A stretch of 63,562 nucleotides of DNA, counting the filler, from Candidatus Coatesbacteria bacterium (GTDB lineage: Bacteria; JAFGND01): NCBI GenBank assembly GCA_016927185.1. It is 5 parts of 5 records of this genome, joined end to end, with 100 filler letters (N's around TTAATTAATTAA, not from the genome) between each part and the next. Parts side by side here need not be neighbours in the genome. Positions count along the whole stretch, not along the records: positions 28,684 to 40,069 come from JAFGND010000096.1; positions 40,170 to 51,060 come from JAFGND010000097.1; 3 more parts are not named here. One strand, given 5' to 3'. The notes under the pieces are model-generated. The model was not told the origin of the DNA. It saw only the letters and a list, made by a program, of their open reading frames with translations, and did no database searches. A program made the translations under genes and the position numbers. Positions 38,707-48,284 of this stretch are shown here, piece after piece; the stretch's first letter is position 1, and the number at the start of each line of letters is the position of its first letter.

Positions 38707-40059
38707 TTAATTAAACTTCACCAACCTCTTGGTTTCTTTCCCAGACTTCACTATATAAACTCCCTCTCTCCATTTGCTAGTATCAATCGAATGCTTGCCT
38801 TTAGACATGTTCATAATCAATTGACCTGTAAGGTAATAGATTGCGCCTGAGGATGGGAGGGAAACTGACAAGTGGGTTGAGAAGGGGTTGGGGGAGATGG
38901 AGAGGGAGGGGGTGGGAAGGGAGGAAGTGAAAACAGTGCGAGAAAAAGAATTAGAAGAAGTAAAACATTCAACACTATAAACATTTAATTGATAGTTTGC
39001 TCTTAATAAACGACCATCTTTATCCATTATAAGATTCCTATCTGCTGTACTTGTATTATTTTCCCACAACGGATTTCCATCTTTATCTAGACAAACATCC
39101 ATTTCATATATCCTGTTTTCCTTATCTATAATGATTGGATAGGCATTGTAATATCTTTCTACGCTATCCCACTGAAACTTTATACTTCCATCAGGCTTGA
39201 AACAGTAAATATAATTATTGTTTCGAAAAACAACATTACCTTCGGAAGTTATAGAAGGAGTTCCTTGACCATCATATTCAGTTCTTTCAAATCCATATCT
39301 CCATTTCTCCGTTCCATCTTTTCTTATGCAAAGCAAGTTCTTGTCACATGCATAAAAGATAGTGCTGTCGCCAATACTTACGCTTTTTGTCCCTGTAAGT
39401 GTTCCTAAATTGAATGTCCATTTTAACTCACCAAGAGAATCTATACAATTGAGAATGTTATTCTCATCTATTGCATAACATGTTTCATCTGAGTCAACAG
39501 CAGGACATTTTTCATAATGAATTTTGTAATCCTTTTGCCAGATTGTTGTTCCATCAGGAGTTAGTTTTGTAATCCTTCCTCTTATAAAATATAAATTACC
39601 TGATTCAGATATCAGGATATTGTTCATTCGTCTCAAATCATCCCTTGTCCATATTATGTCTCCATTTATAGTATAAGCAGTAAGTCCGTCTGCATCAATA
39701 TAGACCTGTTTTCTATAATCATCTAAAACGGGATATATTTTATATCCTACTGAAAGTGCTTTTTCCCATCTTAATTTACCATCTCTATCAATAGACTGAA
39801 AATGAGCTTCTGCATTTCCATCATCAACTGCTGCAAAATAAATATTACCTTCCCCATCATTTATAAGACCTTGAACAATCCAATTCCCATTTGAATCATA
39901 AACTGAGTATTTCCATTCAAGTGAAGGAATCTTCAGTATTCCATTTACATCAATATTTGAAGTATGTCTTGAATCAGCTCCGTATTGTGACCAGCAAAGC
40001 TGGTCTGAGTATAATATTGTTATAGAAAATAACAATATTACAAGAAATGAATATTTCAT
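38707..40059 (-). CDS. Secreted PQQ-like beta-propeller protein with T9SS-like CTD
   Basis: Signal peptide; WSQYGADSRHT; DG..KW repeats; CTD almost identical to the neighbour's. Confidence 0.88.
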   Translation of the reverse strand: MKYSFLVILLFSITILYSDQLCWSQYGADSRHTSNIDVNGILKIPSLEWKYSVYDSNGNWIVQGLINDGEGNIYFAAVDDGNAEAHFQSIDRDGKLRWEKALSVGYKIYPVLDDYRKQVYIDADGLTAYTINGDIIWTRDDLRRMNNILISESGNLYFIRGRITKLTPDGTTIWQKDYKIHYEKCPAVDSDETCYAIDENNILNCIDSLGELKWTFNLGTLTGTKSVSIGDSTIFYACDKNLLCIRKDGTEKWRYGFERTEYDGQGTPSITSEGNVVFRNNNYIYCFKPDGSIKFQWDSVERYYNAYPIIIDKENRIYEMDVCLDKDGNPLWENNTSTADRNLIMDKDGRLLRANYQLNVYSVECFTSSNSFSRTVFTSSLPTPSLSISPNPFSTHLSVSLPSSGAIYYLTGQLIMNMSKGKHSIDTSKWREGVYIVKSGKETKRLVKFN

Positions 40060-40069
40060 AACAACCTCC

Positions 40070-40169
40070 NNNNNNNNNNNNNNNNNNNNNNNNNNNNNNN
40101 NNNNNNNNNNNNNTTAATTAATTAANNNNNNNNNNNNNNNNNNNNNNNNNNNNNNNNNNNNNNNNNNNN
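40070..40169. other. Artificial contig spacer
   Basis: N44-TTAATTAATTAA-N44. Confidence 0.98.
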
Positions 40170-41365
40170 ATAATAACTTCTATTAGCCGTGCAAAATCGT
40201 TTATAATATGATAAGGAGCATCTTTAATTGCTAAAAACAATAATAAATGCTGACTATAGGCATTTCCACCAAGAAACCTGATATTTTTAAGAAAATCATT
40301 TTCTTTACCTTTTATTTTATTATTCAATATATCTATATATATCTCTACATTATTTTTAATCTTCTTTATAAAATCAATTGGCTTTCTCTCAATCTCATTG
40401 CTAGTATTAGTGTTTTTTAATACCCAGTTATATATATCTTGCTCTCTTAATACGTTATCTTTTTCATTGTCTATATAATAGTTAGCCATAAAAAAATATC
40501 TTAAAAATCTTAGTGGTTTCTGCTTATTATTAGTTAGTAAATCTGTAATTTCTTTCCATATTTCTGCAACTTTTATATAATCCTCTTTTTTCAATCCCTT
40601 AAATATAAGATTCTTTAAGAGATCCATTGAATTAAGTCCAACTCCTCTCTCATTAACTGTTTCAAATACTTTTATAGCTTCTCCAACAGATAATGTCTCA
40701 ATTTGAATAAAATAAATGTCGTTCAAGAAGTATTTATAGAATTTATGAATTTTTTTTAAATTATTTTTAAAAGTATCTTCAAAGAATACTTTAATTGATT
40801 TATAGGCAGCCATTATTTTCTCTTTTGAACTTCTGAAATTCTCATTTGATTCAATATCTTCTAATAGTCTTTCTGTTAGTTTATTATTAATAAAGCTGCT
40901 TAGAAAATCTGCTGAATCTTCATACAAAAGTTCTAATCTTGGTTTTTCAATATAATCATCTTCAAAATCTTCACAATCATCATCCAAATCCTCTTCTTTA
41001 TTATCGTTTAAAGAATTATCTTCTGAAATAAAATCAGTTGAACTTAGAAGCTCGTTTATTTTATTTATTACCTTTGTTTTATTAGCAAATAAATTCTTAA
41101 AAATGCAAAGTACTAGAAATAAAGTTGTAATTCTTTGTTGTCCATCAATAAGTTCAAATGTTTGTGAACCAGCTATTTTAGATACAACTATACTTCCAAT
41201 AAAATATTCTGTTTTTCTTTCAGGAGAAAACTCTTCATAAAAGTCTTGTAAGAGTTTTTCAACATTCTCTTCTCTCCATACATATTCTCGCTGGTAAGGT
41301 GGAACAACATAAAAGCAATTTTTAAAAGCATCTTTAATATTATATTTCTGTTCTTTGATTTCCAT
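40170..41365 (-). CDS. DUF262 (GmrS/GmrSD-like) protein, 3' truncated by gap
   Basis: VPPYQREYVW, YFIGSIV, IDGQQRITT, FETVNERGVGL..MDLLKN. Confidence 0.9.
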
Positions 41366-41426
41366 ATTAGTTCCTTTATAAGATTATTTCCTTTAGCCAA
41401 ATTCTATTCAATTTATGAATTAACCA

Positions 41427-42530
41427 TTATCCTTCCCAAACTTCATTTATCTTGTCTTTTATCTTCTGTTCAAAGATTTCTATCAGTCTCTTATTTGCAT
41501 CTACTAGCTTCTGTTCCTCTTCTATTCTGGAAACTATTTCCTGCTGGATAGAGAGAGGGGGCAGTGGGATTAATTTTAAATAAGCATCATTTCTATTAAG
41601 CCCTGGTACTCCAGATTGAGTATTTAGATTCTGCAAATCAAGGAATGGAAGTATAAAATATAAATATTTTAAACGAACCTTATCTGTATCTTTAATTTTT
41701 ACAAAAAAAGTAGTATCAATCGGAAAACCGTTCTGTTCAGAATAAGTTATAGCTCCAGCAGTTCCTTTTCTCCCTATAATAATAAATGGTGCTTCAACCA
41801 AATATTCATTATGATAGCCAATTATTCCATTTGAACCATAAACAGGAAATTCCCCTTCTCTTCTATCTGCTTCTTTTAAACCAACTCCATATTCTAATGT
41901 AATAACCTCTCCCAGTTCTACCATTTCCCAGTCATCTTCTATTTTTATCTGGGGTTTGTAGTTCTGAATGACTTGCTTTGCTCCATCAATTATCTTCTGG
42001 TAATTCTCTATTTCTGAAACTATTTCCTGCTGGACAGAGAGAGGAGGGAGTGGGATTTTATAATAGTCTAAATCATCTGAATAAACGTGAGGTTGCCCTC
42101 CTCCTTTCTGTAATTTATAAATATCATCCTGTTTATTCTTTAATAAAAAAAATAAATACTTGATACTTAAAAGAGATTTACTTTTTGATTGAATTGTGAT
42201 GCAATCAGAAGCAAAAATTGGATATTCAAAGTAATTTACAAAACCTGCATTTGCCCCTGATGAACTTACAGTTATTATATTACCATTTCTATTTGATTGA
42301 TTATGATAATATGCTGGCTGTTTTCCCCCAGCAATAACTGGTATATTTCCTTCAATAACATTAGCTTTAGTTATTGAAGTTCCTTTTTGGAATTCACAAA
42401 CCTCTCCCAGTTCTACCATATCCCAGTTCTTATGTTTATGAACAAGATTATCTCTGTATCTTTCACCTGACAGATTGTAATCACCTTTTTCTGCTATTCT
42501 GCTCTTCTCTACTAATAATGGATTAAGCAT
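41427..42530 (-). CDS. hsdS: Type I R-M specificity subunit (two TRDs) carrying an HsdM C-terminal segment
   Basis: Twice W.MVELGEV ... IPLPPLS.QQEIV; N-terminal EKSRIAEKGDYNLSGERY resembles the HsdM tail of M-S fusions. Confidence 0.85.
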   Translation of the reverse strand: MLNPLLVEKSRIAEKGDYNLSGERYRDNLVHKHKNWDMVELGEVCEFQKGTSITKANVIEGNIPVIAGGKQPAYYHNQSNRNGNIITVSSSGANAGFVNYFEYPIFASDCITIQSKSKSLLSIKYLFFLLKNKQDDIYKLQKGGGQPHVYSDDLDYYKIPLPPLSVQQEIVSEIENYQKIIDGAKQVIQNYKPQIKIEDDWEMVELGEVITLEYGVGLKEADRREGEFPVYGSNGIIGYHNEYLVEAPFIIIGRKGTAGAITYSEQNGFPIDTTFFVKIKDTDKVRLKYLYFILPFLDLQNLNTQSGVPGLNRNDAYLKLIPLPPLSIQQEIVSRIEEEQKLVDANKRLIEIFEQKIKDKINEVWEG

Positions 42531-43803
42531 ATTCTTCCTTATCATTGAAAGTCATTTGAATTCCATTATGTAGGTTGTGTTTGTATTCAAGCAATGTATT
42601 CAATGCTTCTGGCAAGTCATTCTTGCCTATCGGTCTTCTCTGAGCACCTAAGTCAAATCCATCATTCTCAACCTTGAGAAACAGTATCTTGTCTGTCTTT
42701 TTGGATAGCATCTTATCAAGAAGCAATATTGAAGTCTTTACACCAGAATAAGGCTGAAATATTCCTGCTGGAAGTGATACAACTGCCCAGAGATATTTTT
42801 CCATAAGCATCTTCCTTAATGCCTTGTAAGCATTTGCAGACTGGAATATAATGCCTTCAGGAACTATTATTCCTGCCCTTCCATTCATAGTCAAATGCTC
42901 TGCTATATAATCAACAAACAGGACTTCACTTCTTTTTGCAGAAATCTGAAAACGGTTATGTGGTCTTATACCTCCCTTTGGTGTCATGAAAGGTGGATTT
43001 GCTAGAATTACATCAAAATCATCTCTCCATCTGTCATCACTTGTTAATGTATCATATTCAAATATGTTTGGTTTCACAAATCCATGAAGATACAGATTTA
43101 CCAAGGAAAGCCTTACCATGTCTGGAGAAATATCATAACCTACTATATTATTTGCTAGCTTGCCCTTCTCATCTGGTGTCAACAAGTCACCAGGTCTTTC
43201 CTTCCTGTTCTGTTCAAGAATGAACTTGTATGAAGAAATCAAAAAGCCTGCTGTCCCGCAAGCTGGATCCAGAATCCTGTCATTCTTTGAAGGTTCAACT
43301 GCCTTTACTATAAAATCTATTATATGTCTTGGAGTTCTGAATTGCCCTGCATCACCTTGTGAAGACATAATTGAAAGCAGATATTCGAATGCATCTCCAA
43401 GCTTTTCACTGTGATCATAATTGAACCAGCTGATTTCCTTCAAAAATGCTTTCAAGGTTTCAGGATCCTTGTAAGGTAAGTATGCATTCTTGAAAATATT
43501 CCTGAATAGCTCTGGAATGCTCAGATTCTGACTCATTCTTTCTAATGCCTCACTGTAAAGAAGAAACATCTGATAACCACCAAGAGCTGGATCAAACATT
43601 TCTCTCCATGCAAATCGCTTGAATTCTCCAGTAAAGAAGCTGGCTTTCCCGCCTACATCCTCTGATTCCTTGTCCATGTCATCCATGAACTTGTAAATTA
43701 GTGCAATTGTTATCTGTTCAACTTGTGATTTGGGATCTGGAACTTTCCCTACTAATACATCTCTAGCATTATCAATATGCCTCTTGGTTTCTGTATCTAA
43801 CAT
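42523..43803 (-). CDS. hsdM: Type I R-M N6-adenine methyltransferase (stops before the usual C-terminal segment)
   Basis: GQFRTPRHII, DPACGTAGFL, LANPPF, IVPEG. Confidence 0.92.
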   Translation of the reverse strand: MLDTETKRHIDNARDVLVGKVPDPKSQVEQITIALIYKFMDDMDKESEDVGGKASFFTGEFKRFAWREMFDPALGGYQMFLLYSEALERMSQNLSIPELFRNIFKNAYLPYKDPETLKAFLKEISWFNYDHSEKLGDAFEYLLSIMSSQGDAGQFRTPRHIIDFIVKAVEPSKNDRILDPACGTAGFLISSYKFILEQNRKERPGDLLTPDEKGKLANNIVGYDISPDMVRLSLVNLYLHGFVKPNIFEYDTLTSDDRWRDDFDVILANPPFMTPKGGIRPHNRFQISAKRSEVLFVDYIAEHLTMNGRAGIIVPEGIIFQSANAYKALRKMLMEKYLWAVVSLPAGIFQPYSGVKTSILLLDKMLSKKTDKILFLKVENDGFDLGAQRRPIGKNDLPEALNTLLEYKHNLHNGIQMTFNDKEEYA

Positions 43804-43813
43804 TTTAAAATCC

Positions 43814-44092
43814 TTATTTAAACAGTTCTAGAAATTGCAGACATATATTCATTGAAATATATCGTCCACAATCCAATAATTCTTCAGGTTCATCATAACC
43901 TTCTTTTAGTTTGTAGAGTTTTATATAAGTAGTTAATAGATGATCTTTATTTGATAAATCAATATCATATATCTCTTTTAATTTCGTTTTCCCCATTTCT
44001 TGCCTTGTTTTATGCAAATACACCCATTCCTTTTCTCTTCTCCAAAGAAAATAATTTTCTTCTCCCTTTTTGCAAATAATTAAGTAATACAT
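43814..44092 (-). CDS. Hypothetical small protein between hsdR and hsdM
   Basis: 92-aa ORF with RBS AAGGA, fills the intergenic space. Confidence 0.55.
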   Translation of the reverse strand: MYYLIICKKGEENYFLWRREKEWVYLHKTRQEMGKTKLKEIYDIDLSNKDHLLTTYIKLYKLKEGYDEPEELLDCGRYISMNICLQFLELFK

Positions 44093-44106
44093 TTCTTTCC
44101 TTTCAG

Positions 44107-46641
44107 TTACATGAATCTATTCAAATTTACATAATCCTTTATATATTCTGGAATAATGAAACTCCAGTCATTCTTCTCATCCTTCTTAAGATCCTTCAAG
44201 TCAATCATGCTGAACTTGGGATTAGTATGCAATTTCCCGAATTCTTTTTTGTCTATTATATCTCTTATCTCATTGTCAGTAATATATGCTTTCATGAAGG
44301 ACTTGATTAGCATTGCATACTCGCTGTCTGGTTTGTATATAGTAAGAAACTTCTCGAATTCATCTTCAAGCAACTCATCCTTGCTCTTTATTGTATCAAT
44401 AAGTCCAAATATCTTCTGAACTACTTCCTTTATTGTTATTCTTCTATCTAATCTCAATGCCTGTCTGATTTTATTAAGATTGAAATAGTCTTCTGGTTTC
44501 TCAAAGATATTCTCTTTGATATAATGTTCCAGTTCATCATAACTGCCTTCTTCCACTTTCTTCTGAACAAACTCATTAGTCTTTACCTTATCTTGAAATC
44601 TCTCGAAAAGCATCCTGTCAGGTTTCATTCCTTCAGCACCAATGACTGTTTCCTTGTATTGCTTCAAGGGATCAGAAATTGTACTTTCAAATCCTTCATC
44701 TTTAAAAAGATCTTTATCATCAATGTATATATCTTGACCAATAATTTCCTTACTTTTTGTCATTGAAGGTAGATCTAAGACTTCATCATAATTGAATTTC
44801 TCTTCGAAATATTCACAATTAGCAAAGAAATCAAATAGCTTGTATCTTTCTTTTTCAACTGATGTTTCCTTATACTGGAAAGTGAATTTCCTTGTTCCCC
44901 TACCTTTTATCTGAACAAAGTCTGTTGGTGAAAATATAGGTCTCATCAAGCAAAGATTCAAGATATCCTCGCAGTCATATCCTGTTGTCATCATGCCTAC
45001 TGTTACGCAAACTCTTGTCTTGCTTGTCCTGTAATCTTCAATAAAGTCTGAATTCCCATTAAGTTTGTTATATACAAAATTTTTAGACATTTCTTCAGGA
45101 TTAGTTACATCTGAGGTAACTTGAACTGCAAAATCTGAATTATACATATTTGGGAAGTATCTGTCTGCTAACTGATTAAGTAATTGAGCAATCTTTGAAG
45201 CATGATTCTGACTGACACAGAAAACTATTGATTTCCCTATTTCTCCAGTAATTGGATCCTTCAGGGCATTCTTCAGGAAAGTATCACAAAATATTAAATT
45301 AGTTTCATCAGAGAAGAACTTCTTTTCGAAATCTCTATGGTAAAAAAACTTCTCAGCTATTGTACCATTTTCTTTATCTTCTACCATTACTGAATATCCT
45401 TGTTCTGACAGTAGTTCTGTTGTTATTTCAGTCCTTGCATCTACTACTATTGGATTAATCAGGAAACCATCTTTTACTCCATCAATCAAAGAATACCTGA
45501 AAGTTGGATTGCCACTTTCACATCCAAATGTCTTGTAAGTATCAAGTAACTGTCTTCTTTCAAGCTGTCTTGGATCATTCCTTGATAAATCAGATTCATC
45601 TACCTTTTTCAGATAATCCTTTGGTGTTGCTGTAAGTCCAAGCTTGTAACCTACAAAGTAATCAAATACTGCCCTGCTGTTTCCACCAATGGATCTGTGA
45701 GCTTCATCTGAAATAATCAAGTCAAAGTCTGTTGGAACAAAGTATCTCTTGTGTTTGTTATTGAAAAGCAAAGTCTGGACAGTTGAAACTACTATTTCTG
45801 CATTCTTCCAGTCATTGAAATTCTCTTTGAATACTACTGTCTTGAAGTCAGGAGTCAAATACTTATATAAATTCTTTCCTGCTTGTATTTCCAATTCAAT
45901 CCTATCTACTAAGAATAAGACTCTTGATGCATTTTTGGTTCTCAGAAATAGTTTGGCAACTGCAGCTGCTATAAGTGTTTTTCCTGTCCCTGTTGCCATT
46001 TCGAAAAGAAACCTGTCCTTGTTTTCCTTGACTGCTTCCTGAATGGATCTAACTGCTTCTACTTGATATTTTCTCAAGAATTTGAGATTGCATATCTTTA
46101 TGTATCCTTCTCTACTTTTTTCATCTAGATATTCAGCTTTTTTACAATAGTTAAAATCTTGGGTTAATACTATGTAATCTTCTTTTACTTCTTCCCTGAC
46201 AAGATTTTCAGGATTAGGTTCATATCTGTTTGTATGAAATAGTGATTCAAGGTTTGGAAACCTTATAATTTGATAAGGATTGCCTTTCTGCAGATCCCAG
46301 AAATAATGCGAAATGCCATTTGAAAGTATTACAAATCTTACCTTTATTGAATTAGCATATCTTCTTGCCTGCTCTTTTCCATCCAAGGGGTTCTTTGACT
46401 CCCTCTTTGCTTCAAGAACTGCCACTGGAAAGTTCTTTTCATCAAGAAGCAGAACATCAATGAAACCAAACTTAGTTTTCTCGAAATCCTTACCAAGATT
46501 ATCCTGCTCTTCAGTCGGGAATTTCACCTTGTCTTCAAGAAATACATTAGCTCTTCCCTTCTCAGAATCAAACACTCTCCATCCTGATTCTTCCAGCATC
46601 TTTATTATCTTGATCTTTGCAGTTGCTTCAACAGTTTGCAT
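44107..46641 (-). CDS. hsdR: Type I R-M restriction subunit (EcoEI-like HsdR)
   Basis: ID...VLEAK nuclease motif; MATGTGKT; DEAHRS; LTATP; MMTTGYD; QIKGRGTR. Confidence 0.92.
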   Translation of the reverse strand: MQTVEATAKIKIIKMLEESGWRVFDSEKGRANVFLEDKVKFPTEEQDNLGKDFEKTKFGFIDVLLLDEKNFPVAVLEAKRESKNPLDGKEQARRYANSIKVRFVILSNGISHYFWDLQKGNPYQIIRFPNLESLFHTNRYEPNPENLVREEVKEDYIVLTQDFNYCKKAEYLDEKSREGYIKICNLKFLRKYQVEAVRSIQEAVKENKDRFLFEMATGTGKTLIAAAVAKLFLRTKNASRVLFLVDRIELEIQAGKNLYKYLTPDFKTVVFKENFNDWKNAEIVVSTVQTLLFNNKHKRYFVPTDFDLIISDEAHRSIGGNSRAVFDYFVGYKLGLTATPKDYLKKVDESDLSRNDPRQLERRQLLDTYKTFGCESGNPTFRYSLIDGVKDGFLINPIVVDARTEITTELLSEQGYSVMVEDKENGTIAEKFFYHRDFEKKFFSDETNLIFCDTFLKNALKDPITGEIGKSIVFCVSQNHASKIAQLLNQLADRYFPNMYNSDFAVQVTSDVTNPEEMSKNFVYNKLNGNSDFIEDYRTSKTRVCVTVGMMTTGYDCEDILNLCLMRPIFSPTDFVQIKGRGTRKFTFQYKETSVEKERYKLFDFFANCEYFEEKFNYDEVLDLPSMTKSKEIIGQDIYIDDKDLFKDEGFESTISDPLKQYKETVIGAEGMKPDRMLFERFQDKVKTNEFVQKKVEEGSYDELEHYIKENIFEKPEDYFNLNKIRQALRLDRRITIKEVVQKIFGLIDTIKSKDELLEDEFEKFLTIYKPDSEYAMLIKSFMKAYITDNEIRDIIDKKEFGKLHTNPKFSMIDLKDLKKDEKNDWSFIIPEYIKDYVNLNRFM

Positions 46642-46770
46642 ATTCCCTCTTTTCTAGGAGATTTTATATTTATGAGTAAAGATTTACTGCTTAGTTATGA
46701 GTCAAGGAAGAAGTTGGAAAAAGAGGGAAGAAATGAGGAAAAAGGATTTTCTGAATTCTATCAAGAAAAA

Positions 46771-46833
46771 GCCCTCATCCAGTTTGATTAAGATTAAAAA
46801 GCAAATTGAAATCTAATCCTTATGGATGAGGGT
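46771..46833. repeat. Imperfect palindrome (REP-like) upstream of hsdR
   Basis: CCCTCATCCA...TGGATGAGGG outer stem, GATTAAGATT/AATCTAATC inner stem. Confidence 0.55.
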
Positions 46834-46946
46834 AGTCGGTAATTATGAATAGTGAAGAAAAATAATATTAGCGGTTTCAGGTCAAGAAAAAAGAATAAGA
46901 TAAAAAACTCAGTATTTATAGTATTATATAAGTTCAATATAGATTA

Positions 46947-48254
46947 TTAATCTTCAAACTTAATAATCAATTCACCTTTTGAAGGATAAGGAAGTTCATC
47001 ACATGTAATTAAATAATGAATATTCAAAGGTTTAAATTCAAGATCTTTAAAAAAAACGAATATTGGATCAAGATTTTCACTTGAATAATGCTGTAAGAAA
47101 TTAGGTTTAAAGACAACCTCATAACTATTTGTTTTGCGAATTATAGGTTTTCTTTGTTTGTCAATATTTTCTTGAATGATTTTATTAAAACTATTATGTG
47201 AATTTATAGAAGGTACGCTAATGTTAGCAGTATTGAATCTAGATTGACTTGGAGAGTCAGGCTTTTCAGGTTCAACTGGGAAATCATTTTCTTTATAGAT
47301 TCTTAAACCATCACCAAAATGCAGCTTTACAGTTATTCTATTTGCTGGAGAAGTTCCTTCATTTTTTAGGAGCAAAGAAAAACTAATTGAGAAATGTGAA
47401 ATAATATCATACGCTTGTTTCTGCTTCAGATATTCTAAGTAATTTTTGTAAAAATCTTCTAATTCTCTATTATAGTCTGAAGGAGATTTTTGAAATGATG
47501 CAAATATACCACTTAAAGGAGCATCAGTAACTTTTTTTGTTTCAGATATAAAAGGATATTTGCTTTTCAATTGTTTCATTTCCTCTTCTATCTCTTCATC
47601 TTTCATATAAATCAATTCACCATTGTATATTTGCAATATATTTGTTTTGTTTTCAAATTTTAGAAATAGTTTTGGAAGTTTATTTTTTAGTTCAAGATTT
47701 TCTTTTTCTAGAATTTTTATTTGTTTTTCTAACTCATCTGATTCACCCTTTAATTTGTATTTTGGATCCAACTTTATAATAGAGATTTGAAAGCTTTTAG
47801 CGATAAGTTTTGCACCTATATCTTCCGATATTAAATAGACTTCATTTGTACTATTTCTATTCTTGAAATCTATTATATATGCTATTAATATGTTGTCATT
47901 TGATTGAGGATCAAGATTATTTTCCAAAAAAATAGATTCATCAATCTTTGTAATTATATGCTCAATAGTTACATTTGGTCTTACTTCGATATTATTTTCA
48001 AAGATGTCTTCTAATTCTTGAATTGCTATTTGAGCTTTTTCCCTTAAATACTTTCGTGGATTAATATCTTTTTGATTAGCTAATTCTTTAAGAGTAATTT
48101 TAGTTATCTTTAAACAAACTTCATCAGCTTTTAATTCTTCTATCCAGTTGATTTCATCAATTTTTTTGAAATGTAAAAAGATATTTGCGTCAAGAAAGAC
48201 ATATTTTTTTATAAAACTACTTCCCTTTTCTTCTTTCATTTCTTTCTCCTTCAT
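46947..48254 (-). CDS. PIN-domain nuclease with coiled coil and C-terminal beta domain
   Basis: VFLDANIFLH, TLKEL, SNDNIL, LISEDIGAKLIA (PIN acidic residues). Confidence 0.8.
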   Translation of the reverse strand: MKEKEMKEEKGSSFIKKYVFLDANIFLHFKKIDEINWIEELKADEVCLKITKITLKELANQKDINPRKYLREKAQIAIQELEDIFENNIEVRPNVTIEHIITKIDESIFLENNLDPQSNDNILIAYIIDFKNRNSTNEVYLISEDIGAKLIAKSFQISIIKLDPKYKLKGESDELEKQIKILEKENLELKNKLPKLFLKFENKTNILQIYNGELIYMKDEEIEEEMKQLKSKYPFISETKKVTDAPLSGIFASFQKSPSDYNRELEDFYKNYLEYLKQKQAYDIISHFSISFSLLLKNEGTSPANRITVKLHFGDGLRIYKENDFPVEPEKPDSPSQSRFNTANISVPSINSHNSFNKIIQENIDKQRKPIIRKTNSYEVVFKPNFLQHYSSENLDPIFVFFKDLEFKPLNIHYLITCDELPYPSKGELIIKFED

Positions 48255-48284
48255 TTTGGAAATGGAATCCTTCTGTATTCTACT

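Noticed and set aside
33757-46773. ATTCTATCAAGAAAA(A)GCC pair as attL/attR of one island
   Set aside because: The copies are on different contigs separated by an artificial spacer, and no integrase is present.
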